In this document: piece by piece, positions 1 to 12,499 of the stretch
Layout: every line of letters begins with the position of its first letter
Numbering within the stretch: position 1 is the first letter of the stretch
NCBI GenBank assembly: GCA_965202585.1
Contig: CBDBBG010000218.1
Coordinates: 1 to 64,000, forward strand
Direction of reading: 5' to 3'
Origin: Thalia democratica
Taxonomy: Eukaryota
Length of the DNA stretch: 64,000 nt
The notes under the pieces: generated by a model
Told to the model about the DNA's origin: nothing
Seen by the model: the letters and a program-made list of their open reading frames with translations, nothing else
Database searches by the model: none
Translations under genes and position numbers: made by a program

Positions 1-242
1 TTTGTTCCATGTTCAAGTGAGCTGGGTTAGGGATAACGGTATACAAAAATAAGTATACGCCAGTATATATCTTAATTTAATTAATATTTTTCGGCATTTT
101 AAAACAATTCTGAGATTAAAGTGTTTATGAGTTACTCTTAAAATCAATACACACTTGAAAAGAAATTTGTGCATCAATTAAAAATAAGAACTACAACTAA
201 TCTAAAAAAGTTTAAAATCAAGGAAATTATGTTGGTAAAAAG

Positions 243-314
243 TAATGTAGCGAGGGCTCGAACTCGGGTCCCTGGGTTGAGGGGCGCGAGCACTGAACTC
301 TACACTATTGTTCC
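243..314 (-). mobile_element. tRNA-derived SINE-head or pseudo-tRNA (also 28255-28326, 56225-56296)
   Basis: Minus strand has A-box-like TAGTGTAGAGT and B-box GAGTTCGAGCC, then TTTTT ~15 nt later. No acceptor-stem pairing. Confidence 0.55.
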
Positions 315-2982
315 ACACAAAATGATACGTTTTTAAGATTATATAATTTTGCATGATAATTTAATTGCATATAACTTATTTAGTTCATAATATTATTAAA
401 TTGAACCAAAACATTTTATTCGAGTAAGCACAGTACCAGCTGTGACATATTTCTTCACACAGCTTTCCGCCTTAGCTTTATAAAACTATTGAAATATAAC
501 TTTTAAATTAGCCCCTATAGTTAATAATAATGCCATGGTTATAAAATTTTGTTCAAATCGTTTCTTGCTCAGTGCAAATTGTAGTAATCAAGTAGTTAGT
601 CGCTTGCCGTGTGCTGCAAGTATGACCATCTCTGTTCTATGATAAAGTTGTTAAAAATAAAACCGTCAGACTTATAGCTTAAACATAATTATAGGCTAGA
701 TATGAGGGCGAGTCCGACCTACCCAACAAAAACATCTGGCTAGAAACGTAATAAATAGAAACGCAACTAAAGTTGAGTTTTTTATATCTTTTCAAAGAAG
801 ATGCTATTAACTTTATTTTTAGTACAAAGTTGTGCTTACTTCAATGTTCATTTAAAATTACTTTTGCTTTAAAGATTATTTTTGCTGTCGTCTTCAACAA
901 TTATCGCTTCACGCAGTATAATATCTATATGTTTAGCCCGCCGACCAGAAAAGTTTCTACTTATATTATAGGTCAAAAAAAAAAGTATAGTTGAAGTGAA
1001 ATTTAGAACAAATAAATTAAAAAAAGTACCTTGTTGCGGACCGCAACTTGTGGATTTTTCTGAACATTAGATACTAGTAACAAAGTAAAAGCACAAGGTA
1101 TTGATTAATGCTTAAACGGTTAAAAGTTTAGACCTCCTAACAAATTAATGTTTTTTTTACTATTTTTAAAACTTCCATTTAAAAACAAAAATAAAGTCCA
1201 TTATTTTAAAACTAACATTTTGTGGGTATTAAATCAGATAGGTTATGTTAAATTATTTTATAATACAATTTATGTACTAAAATTTGATATGTACAACATT
1301 TCAATAACTAGAAACGAAAGTCCAAGTTGTAACTTAAGTTGTAACAAGAAATACATCTAATCATTTTTTAAACTAACCTTCAATATTTATCTTTGTCGAA
1401 CACAAAACCTTATCTTTTTTTTTTCTAATTCAATAAATTTTTTAATCTTTTTCAAAAATAAAATTTATTATTGATATTAAATTCGAGTTATATATATTGT
1501 TTATTGAACGATAAGAAAAACCCTTAAAAAATTTTGGTATAAGGATGTGGTGTAGAAAAGAACCTTTCGGTTATCGAGTTGTACACCACAGTATATAAGT
1601 ATTTATATTTTAAACAGTAAAACTATAAAGGAAAAGTCTTTACTTAACTATAAATAAAACTCAGTTTTAAGTTAATATCAGTGGTAGTTATGAGATAAAA
1701 AAAATAGTAAACTTCTATACCCCTGAAAACTTGTTGTATTTAGACATAAGTTTACCGTGAACTTTACTTTTGTTGTATACCTTTAAAAATAGATTAAGTT
1801 AATAATAAATAGATTTTTTTTTGTTCATAACTAGTTAGGAATTTGTTAACTTCTTGTTTCTTGTGGAACTTTTATGTAACTAAATGTAACACAACACACT
1901 TTATAAAAATTATCTGTAAAAAGTTATATCTTAAAAAACAGTCTTTACTGATAGTATAAAACTAATTATAAATAAAAAATACTAAATTTTGTTTTGAGTT
2001 AACTCCTTTTTGTAGTAAAGACTTGATAAAACTTGAAGTTTTATTTAGCTTATAGCCGTAGCATTTAATTTTAGTTGTGTGCATATTTAAAGTCAAAGTT
2101 AATCGTAAACTGGTACCTATCTAGAAATATATAACATTTTATCTAAAATAGGTATTTGTATCGGTTTGTCGTAGAACTAGCAAAAAAAAACTTTTTCCTT
2201 TTAGCTATTTATGTAGTTACAAACTATAAGTTTATTTGAAAAGATTTAGTTGTTTTTCCAAAGCTTTATTAGTTGAAGTAAGTACGGCCCTAAATTAGCA
2301 GTTGGCCCATAGTTTGCTCGCTTCTAGTCTAATTTAAAGTTTTATACTTTGCCTTGTTTTTTTTTAACAACTTTTATAACAGCTTATTTCTAACTTTTAT
2401 TTTATGATGAAAAGTAATTTTTTTTATAAACGGTTTTACCTGTTTAGAAATTAAATTTTGTTAACATTTTGTATCATTAAAAGTTTAAAGCAAAATGTTT
2501 TTCAGAAAACTTTCCTTTATACTTAAATGTAATAAACGTTTGTTTTACTTAATATATCACCTTTACGAACTTATAGAGTAGTACATGTTAATAAAACGTA
2601 GAAAATACCTTTTGTTTAATATACTTAATGAAAGCTTATAGTTAAAAAAAGTTAATGATAGATAAATTGACGATTTCAGCATCTAAATACTTGAATAGCA
2701 TGAAAACGTTTATATGTTCTTTTTTAGTTTCAACAGTATTACGGTTTTGTATTGGTGTATTGTTTTACAACCAGAAGTTTGATGAGAAGCATAATTAAAC
2801 TGTTTCAAGTTTTAAAATGTAACACAGAACTTGTTATTTATCTTATTAAAGGTTTGTAACAATTTTATTTTAATGCCTAGGTCCAGAGTTAGACAATAAA
2901 CTGACAGTAATCAAGCGTTGTTACTTTAAAAAATAAAAATAAAATCTATTCAACGAGTTTATTCAGTAACATCAAAGTATAT

Positions 2983-3035
2983 TTATTGGTAATTGAAGTA
3001 CCTCGGCGGTGTTGGGCGTCTGATTCGGTCTGTCC
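2983..3035 (-). pseudogene. Internally deleted paralog of the CUB terminal exon
   Basis: Aligns to 27240-27398 with deletions of 5, 92 and 9 nt. Acceptor and stop retained. Confidence 0.8.
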
Positions 3036-3871
3036 CTTTGAAAATGTTTATTTGATTGTTTTGAGAATTGAACTTGAAAATTAAAAGAAGCAGAACATTT
3101 TTCAAAATAGAATAAGCCATTGGTTTAGAGTTTGTTTAGCGTTTTTTATCTTTCCAGTTTAAACAAATTCTTTTTTAAACTCATTATAGAATCATTTTGT
3201 GTTAATATATACTGTTTAAACTCCGAATTTATTTCCAAACACTTTAGTAGATAAGAACTTAAAAGTGTGAACTTACAACCAACTCTCCTTTTCCATTAAC
3301 TGAGTTTTACATATTTCTAATTAATAATATTTTGTTGCAAAAATTTTGCTTTGTCGAGTTGCTACAAATAAATTTTTTATTAATTAAAGAAAACTAATGA
3401 AAATCTATGCTTTAACCGTAATGAATCTGGTGTTGGTGTATTAAAACAAACTAAACTTACAAGAGGTTAATATAAACTTTTATAATTAAAATTTTATTTT
3501 TCCACAAATGTATTCATTTATTGATAAAAGCTATTAAAGGTCAACTTCAAAAACCTGCTAGTAGTTTGCTTATGTCAAAAATAATTTTTCAAACACTTTG
3601 TCAATTTATTTCTAATTTTAAATATTAAATAATTTTTTCGTTTGTTCCATGTTCAAGTGAGCTGGGATAAGGGTATACAAAAATAAGTATACGCCAGTAT
3701 ATATCTTAATTTAATTAATATTTTTCTGCATTTTAAAACAATTCTAAGGTAATTCGTGAGTCACTCTTAAAATCAATACACACTTGAATAGAAATTGATG
3801 CATTAATTAAAAATAAGAACTACAACTCATCTAAGAAAGTTTAAAATCAAGGAAATTATGTTGGTAAAAAG

Positions 3872-3943
3872 TAATGCAGCGAGGGCTCGAACTCGGGTCT
3901 CTGGACTGAGGGGCGCGAGCATTGACCTCTACACTATTGTTCC
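3872..3943 (-). mobile_element. tRNA-derived SINE-head or pseudo-tRNA, paralog (also 31884-31955, 59854-59925)
   Basis: A-box TAGTGTAGAGG, B-box GAGTTCGAGCC and a T5 run. Lies inside the older 1.2-kb duplication. Confidence 0.55.
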
Positions 3944-5829
3944 ACATGAAATTATTACGTTTTCGAGATTATATAATTTTGCATGATAATTTAATTGCAT
4001 ATAACTTATTTAGTTCATAATATTATTAAATTGTTTAAAAACTTGTAGCGCTTATGCCTAAAATAAAACAAAAAGTTTGGTAACTATCAATGAGAACCAA
4101 AACATTTTATTGGAGTAAGCACAGTACTATGGATGAATCAAAAAGTAGTATATAAGTACAACATTAAACAAGCTTCGATGCTTTTTATACATTTTAAGAC
4201 AGTTATCTTATTAAACGATGTTACTTCAAGACAATATTTATTCATTAAGTTATAAGTTTATTATTAACTAGTATGATAAATTAAATGTTTAAACTTTGAT
4301 AAACGTAAAGTAATTTTGTTTATATTATTACTTAAAGTAAAACTTAAGCAGATTTTTACAATTTTTTGATTGTCATGTATAACTAGCAAACTTCTTCATT
4401 TTAAAGATAGAATCTAAACAGTTTATTGGAAAGATAAAAAATGATTTAATAGTGTCTTAGTAAAAAAAAAAGAATAAATAACATTAAAATCAAATAATTT
4501 TATTTTTACGTCATTTCGTCAATTAACAACATTTGGGTAAAAGAGTAAATTATATTTAATATTTAATAAAACGGACACTTTACAAATTTACTTACATTAC
4601 AATTTTAATTTAAAGAATAAAAGTAAATTAAACTTATAAACATTAAATTTAAATTTAAAGCTTATAAGAAATAAGGAATTGAAAATAAAATTAAAATAAA
4701 CCTGATTTCTTACTTAAACAATTGTTAAGATTCAATTGTAATTAAACTAAAATAGAGACATAATTAACTTATAGTCTACGCGAAAACAAGACTTATAGGT
4801 GTACTTAAACTTTTATAAATAGACGATATAATTGTAATAGCAGTTACTTTAGTTATTAAATTGTGTCTTGTCATTTGCTACTTAAAGGACATATTATCGT
4901 ACTAAAAACAGTATCTAAAGTCGATTACAAAAGAATAATTATAACAAGTTTGATTACAATAACTATTTAAAACTGTTGAGTCGTTAAACGTTGCTTTTAT
5001 TGTCAAATAAATTCGTGTGGTTGCTTATAAATTTTAAGTAAAACAAATAACACGTAGTATGTCTAATTGAAATTAAATTAAAATAGTGACATGAGCAACT
5101 TTTAACTGACTTTTATAAACAAACAGTCTACAAGATAATTAAATACAAAAAAAAATTTTTATTGCTATTTATGAGACTTAGTATTAAATACAATAAAATA
5201 GTTTAACTACTTGAATTACAATAGATACTGACATACTAAACTACAATGCAAAACTGCTGTGTTACTTATAGAATAATACCAAGGTTGTCTACTATAAAAA
5301 TGCATCATTCATAGTACAACACCAAGGATATATACTATAAAACATCAAGCTTTACTTTTAGTTTAAACCTAACTTTAAAAATAAAATTCTGCTTAGTTTT
5401 GGGCTGTTAATAGAATTAAATACGAAACAGCATTAACTCTCAATAACAAACGCTATTAGTTCAGGTTGAACAAAAATTAAAATAACTTGACAGACATAAG
5501 AAATTATAAGCTATCTAACAATACGATTTATCTAACTTATCTAACAATAATTTCGTTTAGATTGAAACATATATTTTAGTTAATCCAAAAGTTTTATTTA
5601 CTTATAAATAAATAACTATCCTACCTTTATTTTCCAAAACATACAAAATACACTTAAAATATAAATATATATAATTATATTCAGTCTTTACTTATTCGGC
5701 AAGAAATATAACTAAATAGACAAACAAAAAAGCATAATATAACAACAAAATAGACTTATACACAAATAACATTAATTAAAAAGAACACATAGATTTATTT
5801 TTAAGTAAACCTTGAAATAGTTTTACTGA

Positions 5830-8800
5830 AACAACAAAAAACAATGAAGTGTTAACTAAAAATATAAAGCTGGACCTAACTTTAGTTTATTAAAATAGAA
5901 TTAACTTACGAAATAAGAAATTTGAAGCATAATAACAAATTAGACTTATAAATAAACATTAGGACAATTTCATAAGAAACCATACAAACATGTTTTTACA
6001 ATTTAAAAAAGTTCTACAGCAACATCAATGAACTATTTACTAAAATATGATGTAATTTTGTTAAAAGGAAAGAAATAAATCATTAGTAAAATACACATTT
6101 GAACTAATTCCGAGTTTTGTTGAACTTTAACAAATACTTGTCCAATTAAAAACGATCCCATAACATTAGAAAAAACTACATTGAATACAATGAATGCTAC
6201 AACGAAGTAGTTACATTTGGAAAACTCACAAACATATGAAAAGAGAATTAATTTGCCTAATTCCATTGAGTTTTATGTTGGTGATAAGCAGAAGTATAAA
6301 TGATCAGAATCTTTAAGAAAAGATGGGCAATAAATCATAACATAGTATTTAGTTAACTGTTTTAGTTATTGAAACATGTATGAAATATTGAGGCATTGTT
6401 AAACCAAACAGTTTAGATTTCATAAGACTCTAAATGTAGTACCTATTTTCAATGTTTTTCAACTTTATTGAAAAATTTTTTAAAAATACAACTTAGACAA
6501 GACCATTATGTATGAAATACAAAACAATATGGAGTTACCAAAATTACTGTAAACAATAACTAAACGAGACCCCAAAATTAAAATGGTTTTTGAACTGGCC
6601 TTGATTATAATAAAAACATAAGTTAATTTTAAGTTTTTGAATTTAGAGAAACATATAATGTTTGGCGTTAAAGACCTAATAAGTTTTACAGGACTTTAAT
6701 AAGCTTTTATATAGAAAGTATATTCGAGCTGTAATTATTATCTGTAAGTTAAAGTTAAATGTTGTTTTTAGAATAAATCTGGAATTAGTAATATAAACCA
6801 GCGCGACAAGATAATAGTTCATAATAAAATACTAAGAGCAAATTTTAATTTAAAAATCAGTATGTTCTGAAAATAATAGGAGAATAAAACAAAATATATA
6901 GATGTATATATTAGAATGATTAAAGAGAAACCATAGTTAAAGAAAACTTTAGTTAACATCACAGTAAAACGAACGGAAGAATTTTATACCAGCTAAAAAT
7001 ACGAAATTGGATCTAATTTTAGTCTTGTTGAGAATAAGTATATTTATTCACGAATACGACATAAATCATAGTTCAAAGCTCTATGCTAAACCAATATTTT
7101 TTTAAATTGAAATGATTGAATAACGTAAATTTCGACAAAAGTAGGACAAATTTACGAACCAGAGTTGCCATAATACCATTATCAATTGAACGTTATACGC
7201 TTATTAAAATTTGGTTCATTTAAAACTAAAATCTCTAGTGAATAATTTGTAAGGTAAGCAAGTATGTTGCAGACATTTTAAAACTAGATTTAGCGATTCA
7301 GTTGAATTTTATATGGTAATAAACATACTTTTTTAGTAAAACTAGATGTAGAGTAAATAGTCTAAGTAGATAAGGTAGTTACAAGCAGGATTATTTGTAG
7401 TTATGAAGTGAAATTAAAGGAAATTAGTATTAAATCCGTAAACAACTGCTTCACTTAAATTAAGTAAAAACACATCATAGATTTCTAATAACCTAACGTT
7501 TAATTGCATCCAAAATCAAACCAACCAAGTAGTTCTACAGATGATTAATAATTAACAAAAATAAGTGTAATAATTAACATACGAATAACAATGCAATAAC
7601 TAAGAAAATACTAAAACTTGAATGATAAAACATTAATAAAAGCTCTTCATCAATACATCTTGACACTTTAAAGCATATGTTAATGTAGAGAAAACTACCA
7701 CACTTAATGAGACTATATGATGACGTAATAATAGTGTGTAATAAGACCAAATAAATTTCAACTAAAACACCTAAACTATATGGATAAAAAAAGATATTTC
7801 GTTACTTTAATAATGCATACAATTTTATGTGGACAAACAAAGACGTTTATTATGAGAAATTTGAACTTGATTGAAAATTATTGTGCAAAATTACTTGCAC
7901 TTAAAAGAACTAAAACTATTTACAAATATTATTAACTAAAGAGAACCCGTGGAAAAGTTTCCAAATAACCTTGGTATTTAAATTGCAAAGTTATTTTACA
8001 GTAACATGAACAAAACAATGAAGTGTTAACTAAAAATATATCTAAACCATGAGTAAAACAAACTTTATAATATAAAACTCACTTTTAAACCAAAATTTAT
8101 CGAAGTAGAATTAAATCAAGAAAAAATTAAATTTAGAACATAATAACGAATTAGACTTATAAACAAACTTTAGAACAAATTCATGAAAAACCAATTTTTT
8201 TTAAACAAACTTTCAAGTATTCTACAGTAATAATAATGAAACAATCACTAAAACATGATCCGTTTTTGATTGATAAGACTTAGATTGACCCATAAATAAA
8301 TTAAAACTAAATAAATTTACTTCACCGTTTTCTAACCTTTCTTTATATAAAGATTTCAAAAAAGAACTGTAAAAAAAAATATGTTTTAAAAAGTTTAAAT
8401 CAAGTAGACGAGCTTTAGAACATGTAAAACTAAGGAAGTTTTCAAATTAGTTGACAGAAAATAAGACCATAGTATATACAATCTTATACTAAAAAACCAC
8501 CAAAAACAACTAAACAAGTTGAAAAAAACAAAATACGACCTCAAAATTGAAATGTTTACTTAATCGGCACAGTTTTATAACTTCGCCAGTATTTGGTTTA
8601 GAGTTATATATATTAGTGTAAAATAAAGTCATACATAACGATTTAATTTAATACAGACCGTTTATTGTTTAAAACATAAAATTGGAAATAACCATATAAA
8701 GCAGCGCAACAAAATTAGTTATTAAGATTAATTAAGAATAAAATCAAAGATTATATATTAAGAATTGAAAGTAATTATAACATAAATTAATCTTCAGCGC

Positions 8801-11800
8801 GGTAAGGTATTGTTTAAAACTGAATGCATACTTAATTGTTTACTTAAGAAATACTTTTCTATCAAAGTGATTAGTATAAAATAAATAGTTAATGTAGAAA
8901 AATAAGTTAATAAAAGGGCGAATTAGTGATAATTAGCTATTAATTGATTGTTTAATTAGACAATTAAAACCAAACTGATGATCTAAGTTGAAAGATTTAC
9001 ATAGGTAAAATGCCTTTGTTATTTGAAATATGAACAGTGTTATGGCTAAGCAATAAAATACTTATTTTAAATAGATGCGCTTTAAAAAAATACGAACTAG
9101 GGAGATTTAATTCTTTTAAATTACTAAACAGCAAGTTTGTGCTTAGATAAGACATTAGCAAACATAATGTTTGGTAAACACAACCTTGTAGACCAAAAGT
9201 TTGGCTTAAATGGCACAACATAAATTACAGCTGAAAAACAAAACCTTTAAACTTATAAAGCCTCTAAGTGTATTTCAACTGTAATTATTACTTGAAAGAA
9301 ACAGTTTAATTTTTTAAATTCAAAGATAAATATATGTTGTTTGTGACATAAAACTAGAAATAATCATATAAACCAGCACAAAATGATAAAAATTAATGAT
9401 TAAGTATTAAGAATTTATTGTAATTTTGATACTAGTTTAATTAAATACGCAGCAATTAAATAAAAAAAAGAGTTAATTGCCACATACATATGTGTTATTT
9501 AATTAAGAGGCACCTTATCCAATATTTTTTATGATGCTATGATTACATTACTTTATCGATACTTCTTACGTAATTAAGGCAGAATACACAACTTACCTTA
9601 AAAAAATCTACCAAAACTAACCTTTTAAAACGACTTGAAAGTTCAATAAAAGATAAGAATAATAGTAGTAGACTAAATAAAGAAATAGTAGAAACGAGCT
9701 AGTTGGGCTACATAAAGCCCAAGCGTAAACTACAGTTTTAAGACAAGTGTACCCTTGTGTTTACATAGATTAAATCAGTAAGAAAATATAAAATCTTTCA
9801 ATTAAATGTAGACGCATTACAAACATACGAATTTGAGGATACTAAATGCTTTTAAGCAAAAATATAATTTTGACAAGACAAGTAAGTATAATATGCTCAT
9901 TCTTGTATACAAAAAAAAAACTTTGCTTAATCGTACTACAAAAACTATTCTTAAAAAATTATAAACAAGACCTCAAAAATAAAACAGTTACTTAATTGGC
10001 GTAACTGTGTTCAGTTAGAAAACAATTATTTGAAGCTGGTCAATTCGCCATTTTTAGTTTAGGTAGAGACAGTTTTATAATGTAAACATATACAAGGTTG
10101 TCACATATCGAGTTGAAAAAAATTTACGGATTTTTGGATTTAATTCAAAAATACATAAACAATGACTTGAAATTATGTGAAATTTTTAATCTTAGTTTTT
10201 TATAAGTTTTAACAACAGTTTATGATTCAATCATATAAGTTTTCCATTGCACTATTTGAATCATATGTATATTATTAATGTATACGCAATAAAAAGCTCT
10301 ACAAGCAAAATACTTGTATCTTTACCACATAATAAATACACACATGAGGTCATAGAAGATTTTAATTTGTTCCAAAAATTCAACTAAACCTTGAAAAAAA
10401 ATGAAGTGCAATTTTTTTTGGAAGTAACATTCTCAAAATGCAGTTTATAGTGATGATAAGCTTTCATATTAACAGCATGTTTATATCAAATTTCATGACA
10501 TTTTTAAAAACCCCTACTTTTTCCTGATTTTGTGGTACCATGTATATAACGGTTAAGTGTAGTACAGACCGTGAAACTATACTTTTTAAAACGGGATGGT
10601 AACTTTAAATAGACATTTTATCTCATTGAATTTCGAGTGAAATAAATATTTTTTAATGCAATAGATATAACAGTTAAAACAAGCGCAACAAGATGATAAT
10701 CAATGATAAAACCATAAGAGTTGGTTTTAGTTTGAATATTTGTTTAACTTAAGTTTAGTAAGGGAGTGTACAAAATTATATGAACAAAACTGTTTAATTA
10801 AGAAACACTGCTCTATCAAATTAAAATAGTAGGAAAACAAACAATAACGATTGTTTAATATCAAAATTAATTTCATCAAATCAAGACTTATGATCAGGGT
10901 TGCAACAGGATTTCTTCTAGATTTTCAAATTACACGTTTATTGGTCTATTTTTAATTAAAAGTTAAGTTTAACGTAAAAAAACTGTGTTAAACAGTAAAA
11001 CAACATTACTGTGAAGCTACTTTAAATGTATTTTAAAATAAATAATTATAGATGACAAAAAGTATTTATACATTTGATAGATTGTTCGCGTCGAATCAAA
11101 ATTTTACTACTTAACATGTAAAAATTGTTTAAAATTCAAGGTTTTTTCAAAATTTCACAAGTTCCAGGTTTTTCGGCAACCCGGCATGATCTAAATTTTA
11201 CAATAAACATAAAAAGTAGTTATTAGTATCAATAAAGTATTGTGAACTTTTTACAATATAGATCACAATAAAAGTTTTTGACTAAATAATAAGGAGAACA
11301 ATCAATTCAATATCATAAATTTTGTTAATAAAATAATGTTTCACTCGTTTGAACTAAGTCAAACGAGACCAGGCAATAAAACATTACTAGTTGGTTACCA
11401 TATATGCTTAAATACAAGAAATTTATTAAAAAATATGTTATTCATTGCTTATTATGCATATGTAAGTGGTAGCAAGCATCCCTGCAATCATAAACAACCA
11501 ATAAATAAGAAACATGGCAACTACAACAGACGAAAACACAAAAAAAAAATTAAAGCAAGTTGTTTAAATGAACTAACACTTTAGAATATACACAAGGTTG
11601 ATCAACGGAATCTAGGAAGTTTGAAGTACAAGTAAACAAAGTTTGTCTGTTAGATCTAATTAAAGGATGAGTAAGAAGTTATACATAAAAATAAACTAGT
11701 AAATCTTGATGTTATTCATCCATTATTAGAAAGTTATTTGCTTTAAAAGATAGTTTATAAATATAACTTGCGTGCATATTACATAAGAAGCAAAACCCTA

Positions 11801-12045
11801 ATAAATTATTAAAAAAAGAGACTTATTATGACGTAACAATACGGTAAAATAAAAATAAAATTTAAGGACTTAATGTGAAAAAATAGCTGAAAAAGAAAAG
11901 TTCGTATAATTGATGCAGATTATTTTTTAAATTTCCTACCTTTATGTGGACAAATTAAGAAGAAATTATTTTATTTACTATTGTACGATTAACGCAAATA
12001 ATTTGTAAATTTACCTAATTTTGTGTGGACAAATTAAGACGTAAA
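5830..12045 (+). repeat. Cryptic, highly diverged same-strand repeat cluster (possibly a decayed gene or TE array)
   Basis: Perfect 29-mer at 5838-5866 and 8012-8040. Recurrent motifs ac(g/a)(a)gacc(c/t)caaaa at ~6563/8535/9963, a(c/g)cagc(g/a)c(a/g)ac at ~6797/8700/9372/10680, and t(a/g)tgtggacaaa at ~7826/11943/12022. Confidence 0.7.
10895..11184. mobile_element. Probable decayed hAT-type MITE
   Basis: Termini CAGGGTTGC...GCAACCCGG (8/9 inverted match). Subterminal ttcaagg/ttccagg motifs. Flanks cttatgat / catgat resemble an eroded TSD. Confidence 0.5.
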
Positions 12046-12239
12046 TAGTTTGCAGAAAACAAGTGGCTCATATTAATTTATATCTGTTAATTAATTTAAA
12101 TACTAAAATTAGTCTGTTCTATCTAATAACTTCTAGTGAAAATAAAGTTTAGTTGTGACTTAGAAGTACTAGCACATTTACTCGTACATCCAAGTCATAA
12201 CTCAAGGAGGTGCCGACCAGCATAGTGGCCGGGCCTAAA

Positions 12240-12344
12240 GGACAAGAATTAAAAAAAAACTAAGGGCAGGCCGGGGAGATGACAGGTGCGAAGCACCGTG
12301 TCATCGACCGGCCGTAGCCCTTTGTTTTTTTTTAATTCTTGTCC
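12240..12344. repeat. 105-nt imperfect inverted repeat (long hairpin)
   Basis: GGACAAGAATT-A9-C pairs with G-T9-AATTCTTGTCC (21 bp perfect). Further stems: AAGGGC/GCCCTT, GGCCGG/CCGGCC, GATGACA/TGTCATC, GGTGC/GCACC, closed by a GAA loop. Confidence 0.95.
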
Positions 12345-12499
12345 GCTACCTATAAACTTACTAATCAAACTCACCAATATAAAACCACTCAGTCAATAAC
12401 TAAAAAACTATCAACCGATATTACCGTCAGGCCTTTAATGGTTATACACTGATAAGTTAGATCACATAAGCTCAAGGTTAGTAAAAGATAACAGATAAA

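Larger units (their letters stand above)
2952..4127. repeat. Older ~1.2-kb direct duplication of 27209-28448 (and of 1-436 in this window)
   Basis: Colinear, roughly 90% identical by eye, from aacgagtttattcagtaac to gagtaagcacagtac. Contains the CUB exon remnant and a tRNA-like element. Confidence 0.92.

Noticed and set aside
243-314. Functional tRNA gene
   Set aside because: No acceptor-stem pairing, an imperfect T-stem and no clear anticodon arm.
773-11584. Short ORF-track calls (773, 1148, 6033, 8997, 11336 and their repeat copies)
   Set aside because: 60-80 codons, often non-ATG starts, AT-biased F/I/K/N/L composition, no motifs and not GC-rich like the real exons.
12278-12320. Canonical Helitron 3' end
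   Set aside because: The hairpin is followed by GTAG (or TTAG on the other strand), not CTRR. No 5' TC/AT junction or Rep/helicase ORF was seen.
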